From positions 655 to 64,654 of the forward strand of contig JAOAFL010000032.1 of assembly GCA_026416295.1 (NCBI GenBank): DNA of 64,000 nucleotides. Direction: 5' to 3'. Position 1 is the first letter of the stretch. Every line of letters begins with the position of its first letter. The notes beneath the pieces were generated by a model. The model searched no databases. It was not told the DNA's origin and worked only from the letters and a program-made list of their open reading frames with translations. Made by a program: the position numbers and the translations under genes. Below, in pieces: positions 1 through 13,803 of this stretch. This DNA is from Burkholderiales bacterium (GTDB lineage Bacteria; Pseudomonadota; Gammaproteobacteria; Burkholderiales; SG8-39).

Positions 1-915
1 GTCGCGGTGCTGCGCCATCCGATGCCCTACGGCGACCTCGAGCGCGCGGCGCTGCAGCGCTTCGCGCGCGCCGAGGACCTCGACGCCGCCGGCTGCACCG
101 TCGAAGAGCGCGAAGAGTACGAACCGCACCTTGCGCTCGGCAATGTCGTCTACGGCGGCCTCGACTACGCCGCGATCGTCGCCGCCGCGGCCGCCGAGGC
201 CGACGTCATCCTCTGGGACGGCGGCAACAACGATGCGCCGTTCGTGCGCCCGGACCTTCTCGTCGTGCTCGCGGATGCGCTGCGCCCGCGACAGGCGGCG
301 ACGCACCATCCGGGCGAGACGTGCCTGCGCATGGCCGACGTGATCGTGCTCTCGAAGTCGGACGCCGCGCCCGAAGACGACGTGCGCGCGCTCGCCGGCC
401 GCTGCCGCGCGCTCAATTCGCGCGCCGCGATCGTGCGCGGGGCGATGCCCCTTGCGCTCGAGGATCCGGACGCGGTGCGCGGAAGGCGCGTCGTGGTGGT
501 CGAGGACGGTCCGACGCTCACCCACGGCGGCATGCCCCACGGCGCGGGCTATGCGGCGGCGGTGCGCGCCGGCGCGATCGTGGTCGATCCGCGCCCCGCC
601 GCCGACCCGGAGATCGCGGCGGTGTACGCGCAGTATCCGCACATCGGGCCGGTGCTTCCGGCGGTGGGCTACTCGCCCGCGCAGCTTCGGGCGCTCGCGC
701 GCACGCTCGATGCGGTCGATGCCGAGCTGATCGTATCGGCGACGCCTGCGGATCTTGCGCGCCTTGCGGCGCCGAAGAAGCCGCTCGTGCGCGTGCGCTA
801 CGAGTTCGCCGAGGCCGAAGCGGATGCGCTCTGGCGCCACGTCGAAGAGGCGCTCGCGCGCGGGCGCGCCGCGGCTACGGCGAGCGCCAGAAGCGTTCCA
901 TCTCGAGGTACGTGA
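1..915 (+). CDS. COG2403-like P-loop protein related to cyclic 2,3-diphosphoglycerate synthetase (C-terminal part; 5' end outside window)
   Basis: ORF 7..915 stays open back to base 1 in the same frame. Its composition is balanced (DVILWDGGNNDAPF, VIVLSKSD), unlike the Arg/Ala/Pro-rich overlapping shadow ORFs. The family name is from memory of similar sequences only. Confidence 0.5.
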   Translation, partial: VAVLRHPMPYGDLERAALQRFARAEDLDAAGCTVEEREEYEPHLALGNVVYGGLDYAAIVAAAAAEADVILWDGGNNDAPFVRPDLLVVLADALRPRQAATHHPGETCLRMADVIVLSKSDAAPEDDVRALAGRCRALNSRAAIVRGAMPLALEDPDAVRGRRVVVVEDGPTLTHGGMPHGAGYAAAVRAGAIVVDPRPAADPEIAAVYAQYPHIGPVLPAVGYSPAQLRALARTLDAVDAELIVSATPADLARLAAPKKPLVRVRYEFAEAEADALWRHVEEALARGRAAATASARSVPSRGT

Positions 916-1288
916 ACGAGGCCGACCAGGCGATCAGCACGAAACCGGCGAGCGCCTCGGTGCCGGAGACGAAGCGGATCGGACCGACCGGCGTCAGGTC
1001 GCCGTAGCCGACCGTGGTGAAGGTCACCGCCGAAAAGTAGACGGCGTCGAAGAGGTGCGGAATCCCGCCGCCGACACTGCCCGCTTCCGGCCAGTGGGCG
1101 AGCGCCCAGAGCGCGACGCCGAAGATCCAGATCTCGACGACGTGCAGGCCGAGCAGCCAGCCGATCGCGTAGAGCACCTTGACGCGCCGGTGTCCGCCCA
1201 TGCGCGCGAGCGTGCGCGAGGCGAGCACGAGGCCCTCGTAGTGGATCAGCACGCACGCGACGACCGCCGCCGCGGTGACCGCGACCAC
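875..1288 (-). CDS. small pore-only K+ channel (selectivity filter TVGYGD)
   Basis: 137-aa ORF with a GTG start. Hydrophobic helices flank a pore helix and the canonical filter TFTTVGYGD. It lies 48 nt downstream of fnr on the same strand. Confidence 0.8.
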   Translation of the reverse strand: MVAVTAAAVVACVLIHYEGLVLASRTLARMGGHRRVKVLYAIGWLLGLHVVEIWIFGVALWALAHWPEAGSVGGGIPHLFDAVYFSAVTFTTVGYGDLTPVGPIRFVSGTEALAGFVLIAWSASFTYLEMERFWRSP

Positions 1289-1336
1289 CGTCGCGTTGAC
1301 CGCCCAGTTGTCGTACGTCAGAGCGCGTTCCGCACC

Positions 1337-2110
1337 TTACGCGCGACCCGCGAGCAGCGCCTCCAGCCGCGCGCTGTCGCGGATCGAGACGTGCTTCTGG
1401 TTCACCTCGAGCAGCCCTTCCTCCTGGAAGCGCGAGAACAGCCGGCTCACCGTTTCCAGCTTCAGCCCGAGGTAGCTGCCGAGTTCCTCGCGCGTCATGC
1501 GCAGGTGAAAGTCGTTCGCGGCGTAGCCGCGGCGCACGAACCGGCGCGAAAGGTTGAGGAGGAACGTCGCCAGCCGCTCTTCGGCGCGCATCGAGCCGAG
1601 CAGCATCATCACGCCGTGCTCGCGCACGATCTCGCGCGACAGCACCGCGTGCAGGTTGCGCTGCAGCGCCGGGATCTCGCGCGCGATCTCCTCGACGAGC
1701 GCGAACGGCATCACGCACACCTCGCTGTCCTCGAGCGCGATCGCGCTGCAGTGATAGCGGCCGCTGCCCACACCGTCCATGCCGAGCAGTTCCCCGCCCA
1801 TGAAGAAGCCGGTCACCTGCTCGCGGCCCTCGCCGTCGACGACGCTCGTCTTGAAGAACCCGCAGCGCACCGCGTAGATCGCCTTGAATTCGTCGCCGGC
1901 ATTGAACAGCGCCTCGCCGCGTCGCACGCGCCGGCGGGCGTAGACGATGTTTTCCACGCGCTGCATGTCCTCGGGGGCGAGCCCCTGCGGCAGGCACAGC
2001 TCGCGCAGGTTGCAGCTGGCGCAGTTCACCTCGAATCGGCGCGCGACTTCCGGCGCGGAAAGGAAGATCGCGCGGGGGGCCTTCGCTCGGGTCGGCGTCA
2101 CGGCATGCAT
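1337..2110 (-). CDS. fnr: FNR/ANR-type oxygen-sensing Crp/Fnr family transcription factor
   Basis: 257 aa from ATG 2110, with GAGGAGGAG just upstream. It has the N-terminal Cys motif C-x2-C-x5-C (NCASCNLRELC) plus a central Cys, a cNMP-binding-like core and a C-terminal HTH (REELGSYLGLKLETVSRLFSRF). Confidence 0.9.
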   Translation of the reverse strand: MHAVTPTRAKAPRAIFLSAPEVARRFEVNCASCNLRELCLPQGLAPEDMQRVENIVYARRRVRRGEALFNAGDEFKAIYAVRCGFFKTSVVDGEGREQVTGFFMGGELLGMDGVGSGRYHCSAIALEDSEVCVMPFALVEEIAREIPALQRNLHAVLSREIVREHGVMMLLGSMRAEERLATFLLNLSRRFVRRGYAANDFHLRMTREELGSYLGLKLETVSRLFSRFQEEGLLEVNQKHVSIRDSARLEALLAGRA

Positions 2111-2132
2111 CGGCGTCTCCTCCTCGGGTCGT

Positions 2133-2495
2133 TCAATGGGCGGCGCGGCGGGCGATCGCGTCCCGCACGCGCTCGAATTCGTGCGTCTTGTCGAAGAACC
2201 CGGCGGCGCCGAGCCGCTCCGCAAGGCGCCGGTAGGGATCGGCGGTGTAGTTGGACAGCACGAACACCGCCGCCCGCAGCCCTTCGCGCTCGAGCGCCCG
2301 CATCACGTCGAAGCCGCTGCCCTCGGCGAGCTGCAGATCGAGCACCACCGCGTCGGGGCGCGCGGCGAGGATGCCGCGGATCGCCTCGGCGGCGCTCGCC
2401 GCCTCGCCGCTCACTTCGACCCCGGGCACCGCGGCGAGCATCGCGTGCAGCCGTTCGCGCAGCAGCGGGGCGTCCTCGACGAGAAATACCTTCAT
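2133..2495 (-). CDS. single-domain CheY-like response regulator
   Basis: 120 aa. Canonical receiver residues are present: FLVEDAP, VVLDLQL (phospho-Asp), FVLSNY, FFDKT. It ends 22 nt upstream of the fnr start. Confidence 0.85.
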   Translation of the reverse strand: MKVFLVEDAPLLRERLHAMLAAVPGVEVSGEAASAAEAIRGILAARPDAVVLDLQLAEGSGFDVMRALEREGLRAAVFVLSNYTADPYRRLAERLGAAGFFDKTHEFERVRDAIARRAAH

Positions 2496-2592
2496 GGCGC
2501 GCAGTCTGCCCGGCCGGCCGCAGCGCGGCCATCGGCGCCGTTCCGGTTCGGTCGGTCGGCGGCGGCTGATTCGGTGGTAGGAAAGTTCCGAG

Positions 2593-2622
2593 GCGGGGTC
2601 GGCCGAAGGCCGACGCGCCCGC
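2593..2622 (-). terminator. GC-rich hairpin immediately after the NarL-type regulator gene
   Basis: The core is a perfect 7-bp stem GTCGGCC-GAA-GGCCGAC (2598..2614), with extension possible. On the minus strand it is followed only by a weak T-run (ACTTTCC). Confidence 0.35.
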
Positions 2623-2623
2623 C

Positions 2624-3247
2624 CTAGAGCAGCTTGTGCTCGAGCGCGTAGCGCACCAGTTCCGCGGTGCTCGAGACGCCGAGCTTTTCCTGCACGCGCG
2701 CCTTGTGGGTGCTCACGGTCTTCACCGAAAGATGCAGCTCGTTCGCGATCTCGGTCGGGCTCTTGCCGGCGGCAAGCAGCCGCAACACCTGGAATTCGCG
2801 GTCCGAGAGCCGGGTGTGCGGCGGTCCGTCGCCCGCGAGGTCGTTGACGAGGCTCGCGGCCGCCGCCTCGGTGATGTGCACGCCGCCGGCGGCGATCTTG
2901 CGGATCGCGGCGACGAGCTGCGCCGGCGCCGCTTCCTTCGTGAGGTAGCCCGAGGCGCCGGCGCGCAGCGCCCGCGCCGCGTACTGCTGCTCGGCGTGCA
3001 TCGAGAGCACGAGCACGCGCAGCGCGGGCTTCTCGAGCTTGACGCGCCGCACGAGGTCGATGCCGGAGAGCCCCGGCATGGAGAGGTCGAGCACCGCGAC
3101 GTCGTAATCGTTCGCGCGCACGCGCGCGAGCGCCTCGTCGCCGCTCGCCGCCTCGCCCGCGACGCGGATGTCGGCGCTCGCTTCGAGCAACCGGCGCAGC
3201 CCCTCGCGCACGAGCGCATGGTCGTCGGCGAGCAGCACGCGGATCAC
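2624..3247 (-). CDS. NarL/FixJ-family response regulator (receiver + LuxR-type HTH)
   Basis: 207 aa from GTG 3247. It shows VLLADDH, AVLDLSMP and a C-terminal LSDREFQVLRLLAAGKSPTEIANELHLSVKTVSTHK. The GTGA overlaps the stop of the upstream kinase gene. Confidence 0.9.
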   Translation of the reverse strand: MIRVLLADDHALVREGLRRLLEASADIRVAGEAASGDEALARVRANDYDVAVLDLSMPGLSGIDLVRRVKLEKPALRVLVLSMHAEQQYAARALRAGASGYLTKEAAPAQLVAAIRKIAAGGVHITEAAAASLVNDLAGDGPPHTRLSDREFQVLRLLAAGKSPTEIANELHLSVKTVSTHKARVQEKLGVSSTAELVRYALEHKLL

Positions 3248-4512
3248 CGCGTCGCCTCCGTCGGCAGCCGGCGCGGCACGCGCGCAAGGACGCGCGTGCC
3301 CCCGCGCGGCGCGCGCCCGATCTCGAGCGCGCCGCCCATGTACAGCACGCGCTCGCGCATGCCCTTGATGCCGAGCGAGCGGGTGTGCTCGAGCGCGCGC
3401 GGATCGATGCCGCGGCCGTCGTCCTCGACCTCGAGCTGCAGCATGCCGTCGCGCTCGGAAAGCATCACCCAGGCGTTTTTCGCCTTCGCGTGGCGCGCGA
3501 CGTTGGTGAGCGATTCCTGCAGCACGCGAAAGACGGTGTTCGCGACCGGCCGGGGCACGTCGTCGGCGCCGTCGAGCGCCACCTCGAGCTGTACCCGTAC
3601 GCCCGAATGCGACGCGAAGTCGTCGGCGAGCCAGGCGACCGCGTCGGCGAGCCCGAGGTCGTCGAGGATCAGCGGCCGCAACCCGGACGAGATGCGCCGC
3701 ACCGAGGCGACCGTGCGGTCGAGGAGCGCGCTCATCTGCGCGAGCCGCTCGTCGAGCGCCCGGTCGCCGCCGAGCGCCCGGTCGCGCAGCCAGGCGAGGT
3801 CGAGTTTGAGCGCGGTGAGCGCCTGCCCCAGCTCGTCGTGCAGCTCGCGCGCGACCATCGCCTTTTCCTCTTCGCGCGCTTCCAGCACCCGCGCCGACAG
3901 TTCCCGCAGCTCGGCCTGCTGGCGGCGAAGCTGCTCTTCGTACTCGCGTCGCCGCGTGATGTCGCGCACGATCACGGTGTAGAGCTTGTCCGGGCCTTCG
4001 CCCGTCTGCGAGATCGCCGCCTCGATCGGGAATTCGGTCCCGTCGGCGCGCAGCGCCCACAGGTCCGGCCCGGCGCCCATCATGCGGCGCGTGCGTCCGG
4101 TGCGGCCGAATTCGTCGACGTGCGCGCGGTGCGCGGCGCGGAATCGCGCCGGGATGAAGCGGCCGAGCGGGGCGCCGAGCGCCTCCTCGCGCCGCCAGCC
4201 GAACATCGCCTCCGCGGCGCGGTTGAAGAGCACGACGCGCTGCTCGTGGTCTACCGTGAGGATCGCGTCCATCGCCGAATCGACCACGCTTTCGAGCTGC
4301 GCCTGGGCGCGCCCGACCGCGGCGCGCTGCGATTCGCTGCGCAGCCCGAGCCGCACGATGAGCGCCGCGCCGACGCCGAGCACGGCGAGATCGCCGACGA
4401 GGTCGAGCGCGACGAGCCAGGGCGCGCTCTCGCTCGCCGTGAGCGCGGCGAAGTTGAGCGCGGCGAGCGCGGCGACGCCTGCGATTCCGGCACCGATCAG
4501 GCCCTGCCTCAT
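3244..4512 (-). CDS. membrane-anchored PAS sensor histidine kinase (HisKA_3/NarX-DevS type)
   Basis: 422 aa. It has two N-terminal hydrophobic helices, a PAS-like segment (AILTVDHEQRVVLFNRAAEAMFGW), the H-box ELHDELGQALTALK, and an ATPase N/G box (QESLTNVARHA, DDGRGI). Confidence 0.9.
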   Translation of the reverse strand: MRQGLIGAGIAGVAALAALNFAALTASESAPWLVALDLVGDLAVLGVGAALIVRLGLRSESQRAAVGRAQAQLESVVDSAMDAILTVDHEQRVVLFNRAAEAMFGWRREEALGAPLGRFIPARFRAAHRAHVDEFGRTGRTRRMMGAGPDLWALRADGTEFPIEAAISQTGEGPDKLYTVIVRDITRRREYEEQLRRQQAELRELSARVLEAREEEKAMVARELHDELGQALTALKLDLAWLRDRALGGDRALDERLAQMSALLDRTVASVRRISSGLRPLILDDLGLADAVAWLADDFASHSGVRVQLEVALDGADDVPRPVANTVFRVLQESLTNVARHAKAKNAWVMLSERDGMLQLEVEDDGRGIDPRALEHTRSLGIKGMRERVLYMGGALEIGRAPRGGTRVLARVPRRLPTEATR

Positions 4513-4526
4513 GTCCGACGCCGCCC

Positions 4527-4540
4527 TTGATTCAGGTCAA
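4527..4540. promoter_or_regulatory. FNR/ANR-type box TTGATTCAGGTCAA
   Basis: It matches TTGAT-N4-ATCAA at 9 of 10 positions. It lies in the divergent region between the kinase start (4512) and the hemN ATG (4575). The box centre is 41.5 nt from the hemN ATG. Confidence 0.75.
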
Positions 4541-4574
4541 CGTCCGCGTGGGCAGGCCCGGCATAGTCGGGCGC

Positions 4575-5978
4575 ATGGCGGCGACCGCCCGCAGTCTGAT
4601 CATCGATCAGGCGCTCATTCGCAAGTACGACGTCACCGGCCCGCGCTACACCTCGTACCCGACCGCGGACCGCTTCGTCGAAGCGTTCGGCGAGCAGGAC
4701 CTGCTCGGATGGCTGGCGAGGCGCAATGTCGGCGGCGTGCATCAGCCGCTTTCGGTGTATGTGCACCTGCCGTTCTGCAGCTCCCTGTGCTGGTACTGCG
4801 CGTGCAACAAGGTGCTGACGCGCGACCACGGCAGATCGGCGAAGTATATCAAGTACTTGGGCAAGGAGCTCGCGCTCGTCGGGGCGCGGCTCGCCAACGC
4901 CGGCGAGCGTCCCGAGGTCGCCCAGCTCCACTGGGGCGGAGGCACGCCGACGTTTCTCTCGCCCGAGGAGCGGGAAGCGCTCATGCGGCGCATCGTCGAG
5001 CATTTCCCGCTCGCTGCCGGCGCCGAAGTCTCGATCGAGGTGGACCCGAGAAGCGCCCCGGCCGGCACGATGGCGCAACTTGCCGCGCTCGGCTTCAACC
5101 GCGTCTCGGTCGGCGTTCAGGACTTCGACCCGCGCGTACAGCAGGCGGTGCACCGCGTGCAGAGCGAAGCGGACACGCGCCGCACGATCGAGGAGGCGCG
5201 CGCGAGCGGGTTTCGCTCGGTCAATCTCGACCTCATCTACGGTTTGCCGAAGCAGACGGCCGCCGGCTTCGAGGCGACGCTCGCCAGGGTGCTCGAGCTC
5301 TCGCCCGAGCGCGTCGCGCTCTACAACTACGCGCACCTGCCGAAGCTCTTCACGCACCAGCGCCGCATCCGCGAAGAGGACCTGCCCGCGCCGGAGGAAA
5401 AGCTCGCGATCCTCACCGCGGCGATCGATCGGCTGACCGGGGCGGGCTACGTCTACATCGGCATGGATCATTTCGCGAAGCCCGACGACGACCTCGCGAT
5501 CGCGCAGGCGCAGGGGCGGCTGCAGCGCAACTTCCAGGGCTATTCGACGCTGCCGGAGGCCGACCTGCTCGGCTTCGGCGTCTCGGCGATCGGACGGGTC
5601 GGGCCGACGTACTATCAGAACGAAAAAACGCTCGCCGCGTACTACGCACGGCTCGAGGCCGGCCAGCTTCCGGTGCTGCGCGGGCTGGAGCTCACCCACG
5701 ACGATCTGGTGCGCCGTGCGGTGATCCAGGCGCTCATCTGCAACTTTCGCCTCTCGATCGAGGCGATCGAGCTCGCCTGGCTTCTCGATTTCCGGCGTTA
5801 TTTCGCCGCCGAACTGGCCGATCTTGCGGCGATGGAAGCCGACGGGCTGGTCGAGCTGCAACCCGACTGGATCGTGGTGACGCCGCGCGGGCGGCTGCTC
5901 GTGCGCGCCGTCTGCGCGGTGTTCGACCGGTACCTGCGCCAGCGGCGCGAACGCGCCGGCTACTCTCGGGTGATCTGA
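4575..5978 (+). CDS. hemN: oxygen-independent coproporphyrinogen III oxidase (radical SAM)
   Basis: 467 aa. The N-terminus ALIRKYDVTGPRYTSYPTADRF and the radical-SAM motif CSSLCWYCAC are present. The start was chosen by alignment from memory to the E. coli HemN N-terminus. Confidence 0.92.
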   Translation: MAATARSLIIDQALIRKYDVTGPRYTSYPTADRFVEAFGEQDLLGWLARRNVGGVHQPLSVYVHLPFCSSLCWYCACNKVLTRDHGRSAKYIKYLGKELALVGARLANAGERPEVAQLHWGGGTPTFLSPEEREALMRRIVEHFPLAAGAEVSIEVDPRSAPAGTMAQLAALGFNRVSVGVQDFDPRVQQAVHRVQSEADTRRTIEEARASGFRSVNLDLIYGLPKQTAAGFEATLARVLELSPERVALYNYAHLPKLFTHQRRIREEDLPAPEEKLAILTAAIDRLTGAGYVYIGMDHFAKPDDDLAIAQAQGRLQRNFQGYSTLPEADLLGFGVSAIGRVGPTYYQNEKTLAAYYARLEAGQLPVLRGLELTHDDLVRRAVIQALICNFRLSIEAIELAWLLDFRRYFAAELADLAAMEADGLVELQPDWIVVTPRGRLLVRAVCAVFDRYLRQRRERAGYSRVI

Positions 5979-6682
5979 TGGACAGCGTCGCCGCGTTCGC
6001 GCTCGCGATGCTCGCCGCGGGGCTCGCCTCGGGCGCGCACTGCATACTGATGTGCGGCGGTATCGTCGCCGCGTTCGACGCGCGACCGGCGATCCCGGTG
6101 CGCCCCGCCGCCTCGCCGACGCGCGCGGCGCGGCGGCTCGCGTTCAACGCCGGCCGCCTCACGACCTACGCCGCGGCCGGCGCCGCCGCCGGAAGCGTCG
6201 GTGCGGCCGCCTACGGCGCGGCGGCGCTGCCGGCGCAGCAGGCGCTTGCGGTGGCGACCGGGCTTGCGCTCGTCCTCGCCGGTCTCTACCTCGCCGGCGG
6301 CGAGCGACTGTTTACGCCGCTCGAAGCGGTCGGTGCGGCGCTGTGGCGCCGGCTGCGGCCGCTTGCGGCGCGCGCGGCGTGCGCCGAAGGCGCCCCGGGC
6401 GCGTACGCTGCGGGCCTCGTCTGGGGATGGCTCCCCTGCGCGATGGTGTACGCGGCGCTCGTCGCGGCGGCTGCCGCGGGCTCAGCCGCGCGCGGCGCGC
6501 TCGCGATGGCCGCGTTCGGTCTGGGCACGCTTCCCTTCGTGCTCGCCGCCGGCTGGTTCGCCGCGCGCCTTGCGCGCTGGCGGCGCGCGCTCGGGGCGCT
6601 CCTCGTCGGCTTCGGCGTCTGGGGCCTCGCCCACGCGGGCGGGGTTGCGGCGAGCGTGCGCGGGATGCTTCTCTGTCCGTAG
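5978..6682 (+). CDS. polytopic membrane protein, DsbD_2 / TauE-SafE-like family
   Basis: 234 aa from ATG 5978, which forms an ATGA overlap with the hemN stop. It is the last part of the long ORF 3986..6682. It is hydrophobic, with conserved Cys (HCILMCGG, WLPCAMVY). Confidence 0.6.
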   Translation: MDSVAAFALAMLAAGLASGAHCILMCGGIVAAFDARPAIPVRPAASPTRAARRLAFNAGRLTTYAAAGAAAGSVGAAAYGAAALPAQQALAVATGLALVLAGLYLAGGERLFTPLEAVGAALWRRLRPLAARAACAEGAPGAYAAGLVWGWLPCAMVYAALVAAAAAGSAARGALAMAAFGLGTLPFVLAAGWFAARLARWRRALGALLVGFGVWGLAHAGGVAASVRGMLLCP

Positions 6683-6699
6683 GCGCGGATTCGAAAGCG

Positions 6700-7401
6700 A
6701 TGAGCACGGACCGCGCCGCGCGCCGGGGAACGCACTCCGGCATCCGCATCCAGACGTTTCTCGCCCGCCTGCCGATGTTTTCCGAGATGCAGGCCGACGA
6801 GCTCGACCGCATCGCCGCGCACACGGTGCCGCAGTATTACGCAAAAGGCGAGGCGATCTTCCATCAGGGCGATCCGTGCGCCGGCTTTCACATCGTCGTA
6901 TACGGGCAGGTGACGCTCGGGTTCAACTCCGCGCACGGCGGCGAGAAGGTGGTCGAGATCATGGGCCCGGGACAGAGCTTCGGCGAGGCGGTGATGTTCC
7001 TCGGCAAGCCCTATCCCGTATTCGGCCGCGCGCTCGCCGACACGATGCTGCTTCACGTCGGCCGTCACGGCGTGCTCGAGGAGGTCGAGCGCAATCCGCC
7101 GTTTGCGCGCCGCATGCTCGCCGGACTTGCGCGCCGGTTGCACATGCTGGTCCGCGACGTCGAGGCGTATTCGCTGCGCTCTTCGACCGAGCGCTTCATC
7201 GGTTACCTGCTGCGCGAGGCAGAGGCGCCGACCGAGGTGGAACTCGCGGCAGGGAAAAGCGTCGTCGCGTCGCGGCTCAACATGACGCCGGAGCATTTTT
7301 CGCGGGTGCTCGCGGAGCTCTCGTCGGCGGGACTGATCGAGGTGCGCGGCCGAACGGTTCGCATTCTCGACCTCGAAAGGCTTCGCCGCTACGGCGCTTG
7401 A
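6700..7401 (+). CDS. Crp/Fnr family regulator without Cys cluster (Dnr/NnrR type)
   Basis: 233 aa from ATG 6700. It has a cNMP-binding-like domain (FHQGDPCAGFHIVVYGQV, GPGQSFGEA) and an HTH (KSVVASRLNMTPEHFSRVLAEL). No N-terminal Cys motif is present. Confidence 0.85.
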   Translation: MSTDRAARRGTHSGIRIQTFLARLPMFSEMQADELDRIAAHTVPQYYAKGEAIFHQGDPCAGFHIVVYGQVTLGFNSAHGGEKVVEIMGPGQSFGEAVMFLGKPYPVFGRALADTMLLHVGRHGVLEEVERNPPFARRMLAGLARRLHMLVRDVEAYSLRSSTERFIGYLLREAEAPTEVELAAGKSVVASRLNMTPEHFSRVLAELSSAGLIEVRGRTVRILDLERLRRYGA

Positions 7402-7555
7402 GCGCCCGCGCGGCGCGAGCGGATCGCCCGACGAGTTGCATCGCGTGCCGATCGCCGCAGGCGACGGATCCGGGCATTCGGCCCGAGCGGCGGAACTCGC
7501 AGGGCTTTCGTATTGCGGGATGCTCGTTGCTCTGCGGCGCTACCGCGCGCTGCGC

Positions 7556-8305
7556 TCAGGCGGCGGTCTGCGCGGCGTCCGCCCGCGGGCATTCGAACAC
7601 GTCGGCCTGCATGACGTCGGGCGGCGCAAGTCCCCGCAGCGGCGTCGGGGCGACTTGCAGCCGGCGCATCGCGGCCGCGAGCGCGCCATCGAGCAACGCC
7701 GTCGACTCGCGATACGGCGAGCGCGCGGCGGCGAGGCCGACCTCGTCGCAGAAAGCGCGCGTCCAGCGCCCCAGGTGATCCTCGAGGAACCGCCGCAGCG
7801 CGGCTTCTGCGATCCGACCGCGCTCGGTCCAGCCGTCGCGCACGCCCCAGGCGATCTTGACGAGCAGCAGGCTCGAGAACTCGAGCTGCGTGCACAGATG
7901 GTCCGGGGGCTGCCGATCGGCGTCCGCGATCGCGAACCCGAACGCGGCGTAGAAGCCGCCGATGTCAGCGAGCTCGGCGCTTCGCCCGCCCAGGCGCCGG
8001 CCGTCGCCGTAGGCGGTCTCGCGCATCGGGCAGCGAGCGCCGCCGAGGAAGAGCCGCGCGTATTCGTCGCGCGCGGCCTCGTCGTCGGTGCCCGCCCAGG
8101 CGCGTGCGGCGCGAACGCGCGCGCGCGCAAGCGACGGCGGCTCGTCTTCGGTCGGCGCCAGTTGCGCGAACAGCCGCGCCGTGCGCCGCGCGTGGCCGTC
8201 CTCGGGGTACGCGAACGCTTCGGCGAGCGCCTTCAGGCGCGCCGCCCAGGCGAGACAGGCCCGCGCGCGCTCGCGTCCGGCACGGCTTGCGGTTGCGGCG
8301 GGCAT
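7556..8305 (-). CDS. TorD/NarJ/DmsD-family private chaperone (delta) of the type II molybdoenzyme
   Basis: 249 aa from ATG 8305, 2 nt after the gamma stop. It contains YARLFLGG..CPMRETAYG and DHLCTQLEF, which are typical of TorD-like chaperones. Confidence 0.75.
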   Translation of the reverse strand: MPAATASRAGRERARACLAWAARLKALAEAFAYPEDGHARRTARLFAQLAPTEDEPPSLARARVRAARAWAGTDDEAARDEYARLFLGGARCPMRETAYGDGRRLGGRSAELADIGGFYAAFGFAIADADRQPPDHLCTQLEFSSLLLVKIAWGVRDGWTERGRIAEAALRRFLEDHLGRWTRAFCDEVGLAAARSPYRESTALLDGALAAAMRRLQVAPTPLRGLAPPDVMQADVFECPRADAAQTAA

Positions 8306-8307
8306 CG

Positions 8308-9153
8308 CTATTTCGCCAGCCGCAACGGCAGCCAGCTCGACCACGCCTTGCGGCTCCCGACCTCGCCCGAGCCGCCGTCCCACACCGCGAACGCGGCGAT
8401 CGTGCTCGCCCCGGGCGAAAGCCGCGGCGTGTTCGGCGTCCCGGTCGCAAGCGGCAGCGTGATCACCACCGTCCAGACGCCGTTCGCCCACTCGCCGCGG
8501 CCGTCGGCCTCCTGCTCGGTCTTCACCGTCATCGTCCCCCAGCCCTCGGCCATCTGGTCGAGCACGGGGGAAGCCCGCGGGCGCGAAACCGGGTTGTCGA
8601 GGCCGAGCGCGCCGGTGTAGGGGCGGGCGTCGGTTGCGCGCAGCACCTGGTCGGGATAGACGTCCACCTGCGCGTACGGGTAGAGCTTCCTCACCTCGGG
8701 CTCGCCCTCGGCGAGGTCGCGCTGAAATGCCGCGCGCCACTGAAGGATGTTCACGCGTCCGCCGGGATTGCCCATCATCGGACTCGGCATCGCGTCCTTC
8801 TTCAGTTCGATCGGAAGCTGCACCGCGACCTGATCGCCGAAGCGGTCGGTGAGCATCGTGTCGTCGCGCGTCGGGTCGTTCCATTGCAGCCGGAACGCGA
8901 GCCACTGGCCGTTGTGCACCGCGCGTACGCGCAGCTCCTTCACCGCCGGTTTCGGGTGAAGCGGCGGGACGGCGGTCTGCGCGAGCATCGGCACCGCGAC
9001 CTCTTTTGCGGTCTTCCAGAACGCGGCGCCGGGATCGAGGATCGGCCCCGGCTGCGCGATGCGCGGCGCAGCAAGCTCGCTCTGCGCCGCGACCGCCTGC
9101 GCGGCCGCGAGCGCCGCGGCCGCGACAACGAGTGCGAAAGAACGACCGGCCAT
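8308..9153 (-). CDS. heme-b gamma subunit (EB_dh / DMSO-reductase type II gamma family), Sec signal
   Basis: 281 aa with AAGGAG upstream. The signal peptide is MAGRSFALVVAAAALAAAQAVAAQ. The overall pattern resembles EbdC/SerC/NxrC-like periplasmic heme-b subunits. Confidence 0.8.
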   Translation of the reverse strand: MAGRSFALVVAAAALAAAQAVAAQSELAAPRIAQPGPILDPGAAFWKTAKEVAVPMLAQTAVPPLHPKPAVKELRVRAVHNGQWLAFRLQWNDPTRDDTMLTDRFGDQVAVQLPIELKKDAMPSPMMGNPGGRVNILQWRAAFQRDLAEGEPEVRKLYPYAQVDVYPDQVLRATDARPYTGALGLDNPVSRPRASPVLDQMAEGWGTMTVKTEQEADGRGEWANGVWTVVITLPLATGTPNTPRLSPGASTIAAFAVWDGGSGEVGSRKAWSSWLPLRLAK

Positions 9154-9164
9154 CGTGCGCTCCT

Positions 9165-10292
<1,128 letters not shown>

Positions 10293-10314
10293 CGTCGCCT
10301 CCTTCGCGTGCCTG

Positions 10315-13803
<3,489 letters not shown>

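Noticed and set aside
755-2569. 604-aa plus-strand ORF across the channel, fnr and CheY-like genes
   Set aside because: It is antisense to three genes with clear family motifs, and its translation is low-complexity.
3986-5977. N-terminal about 660 codons of the 898-aa ORF 3986..6682
   Set aside because: This part overlaps the kinase (opposite strand) and hemN (another frame) and is Ala/Arg/Pro-rich. Only the last 234 codons, from ATG 5978, look like a real hydrophobic membrane protein.
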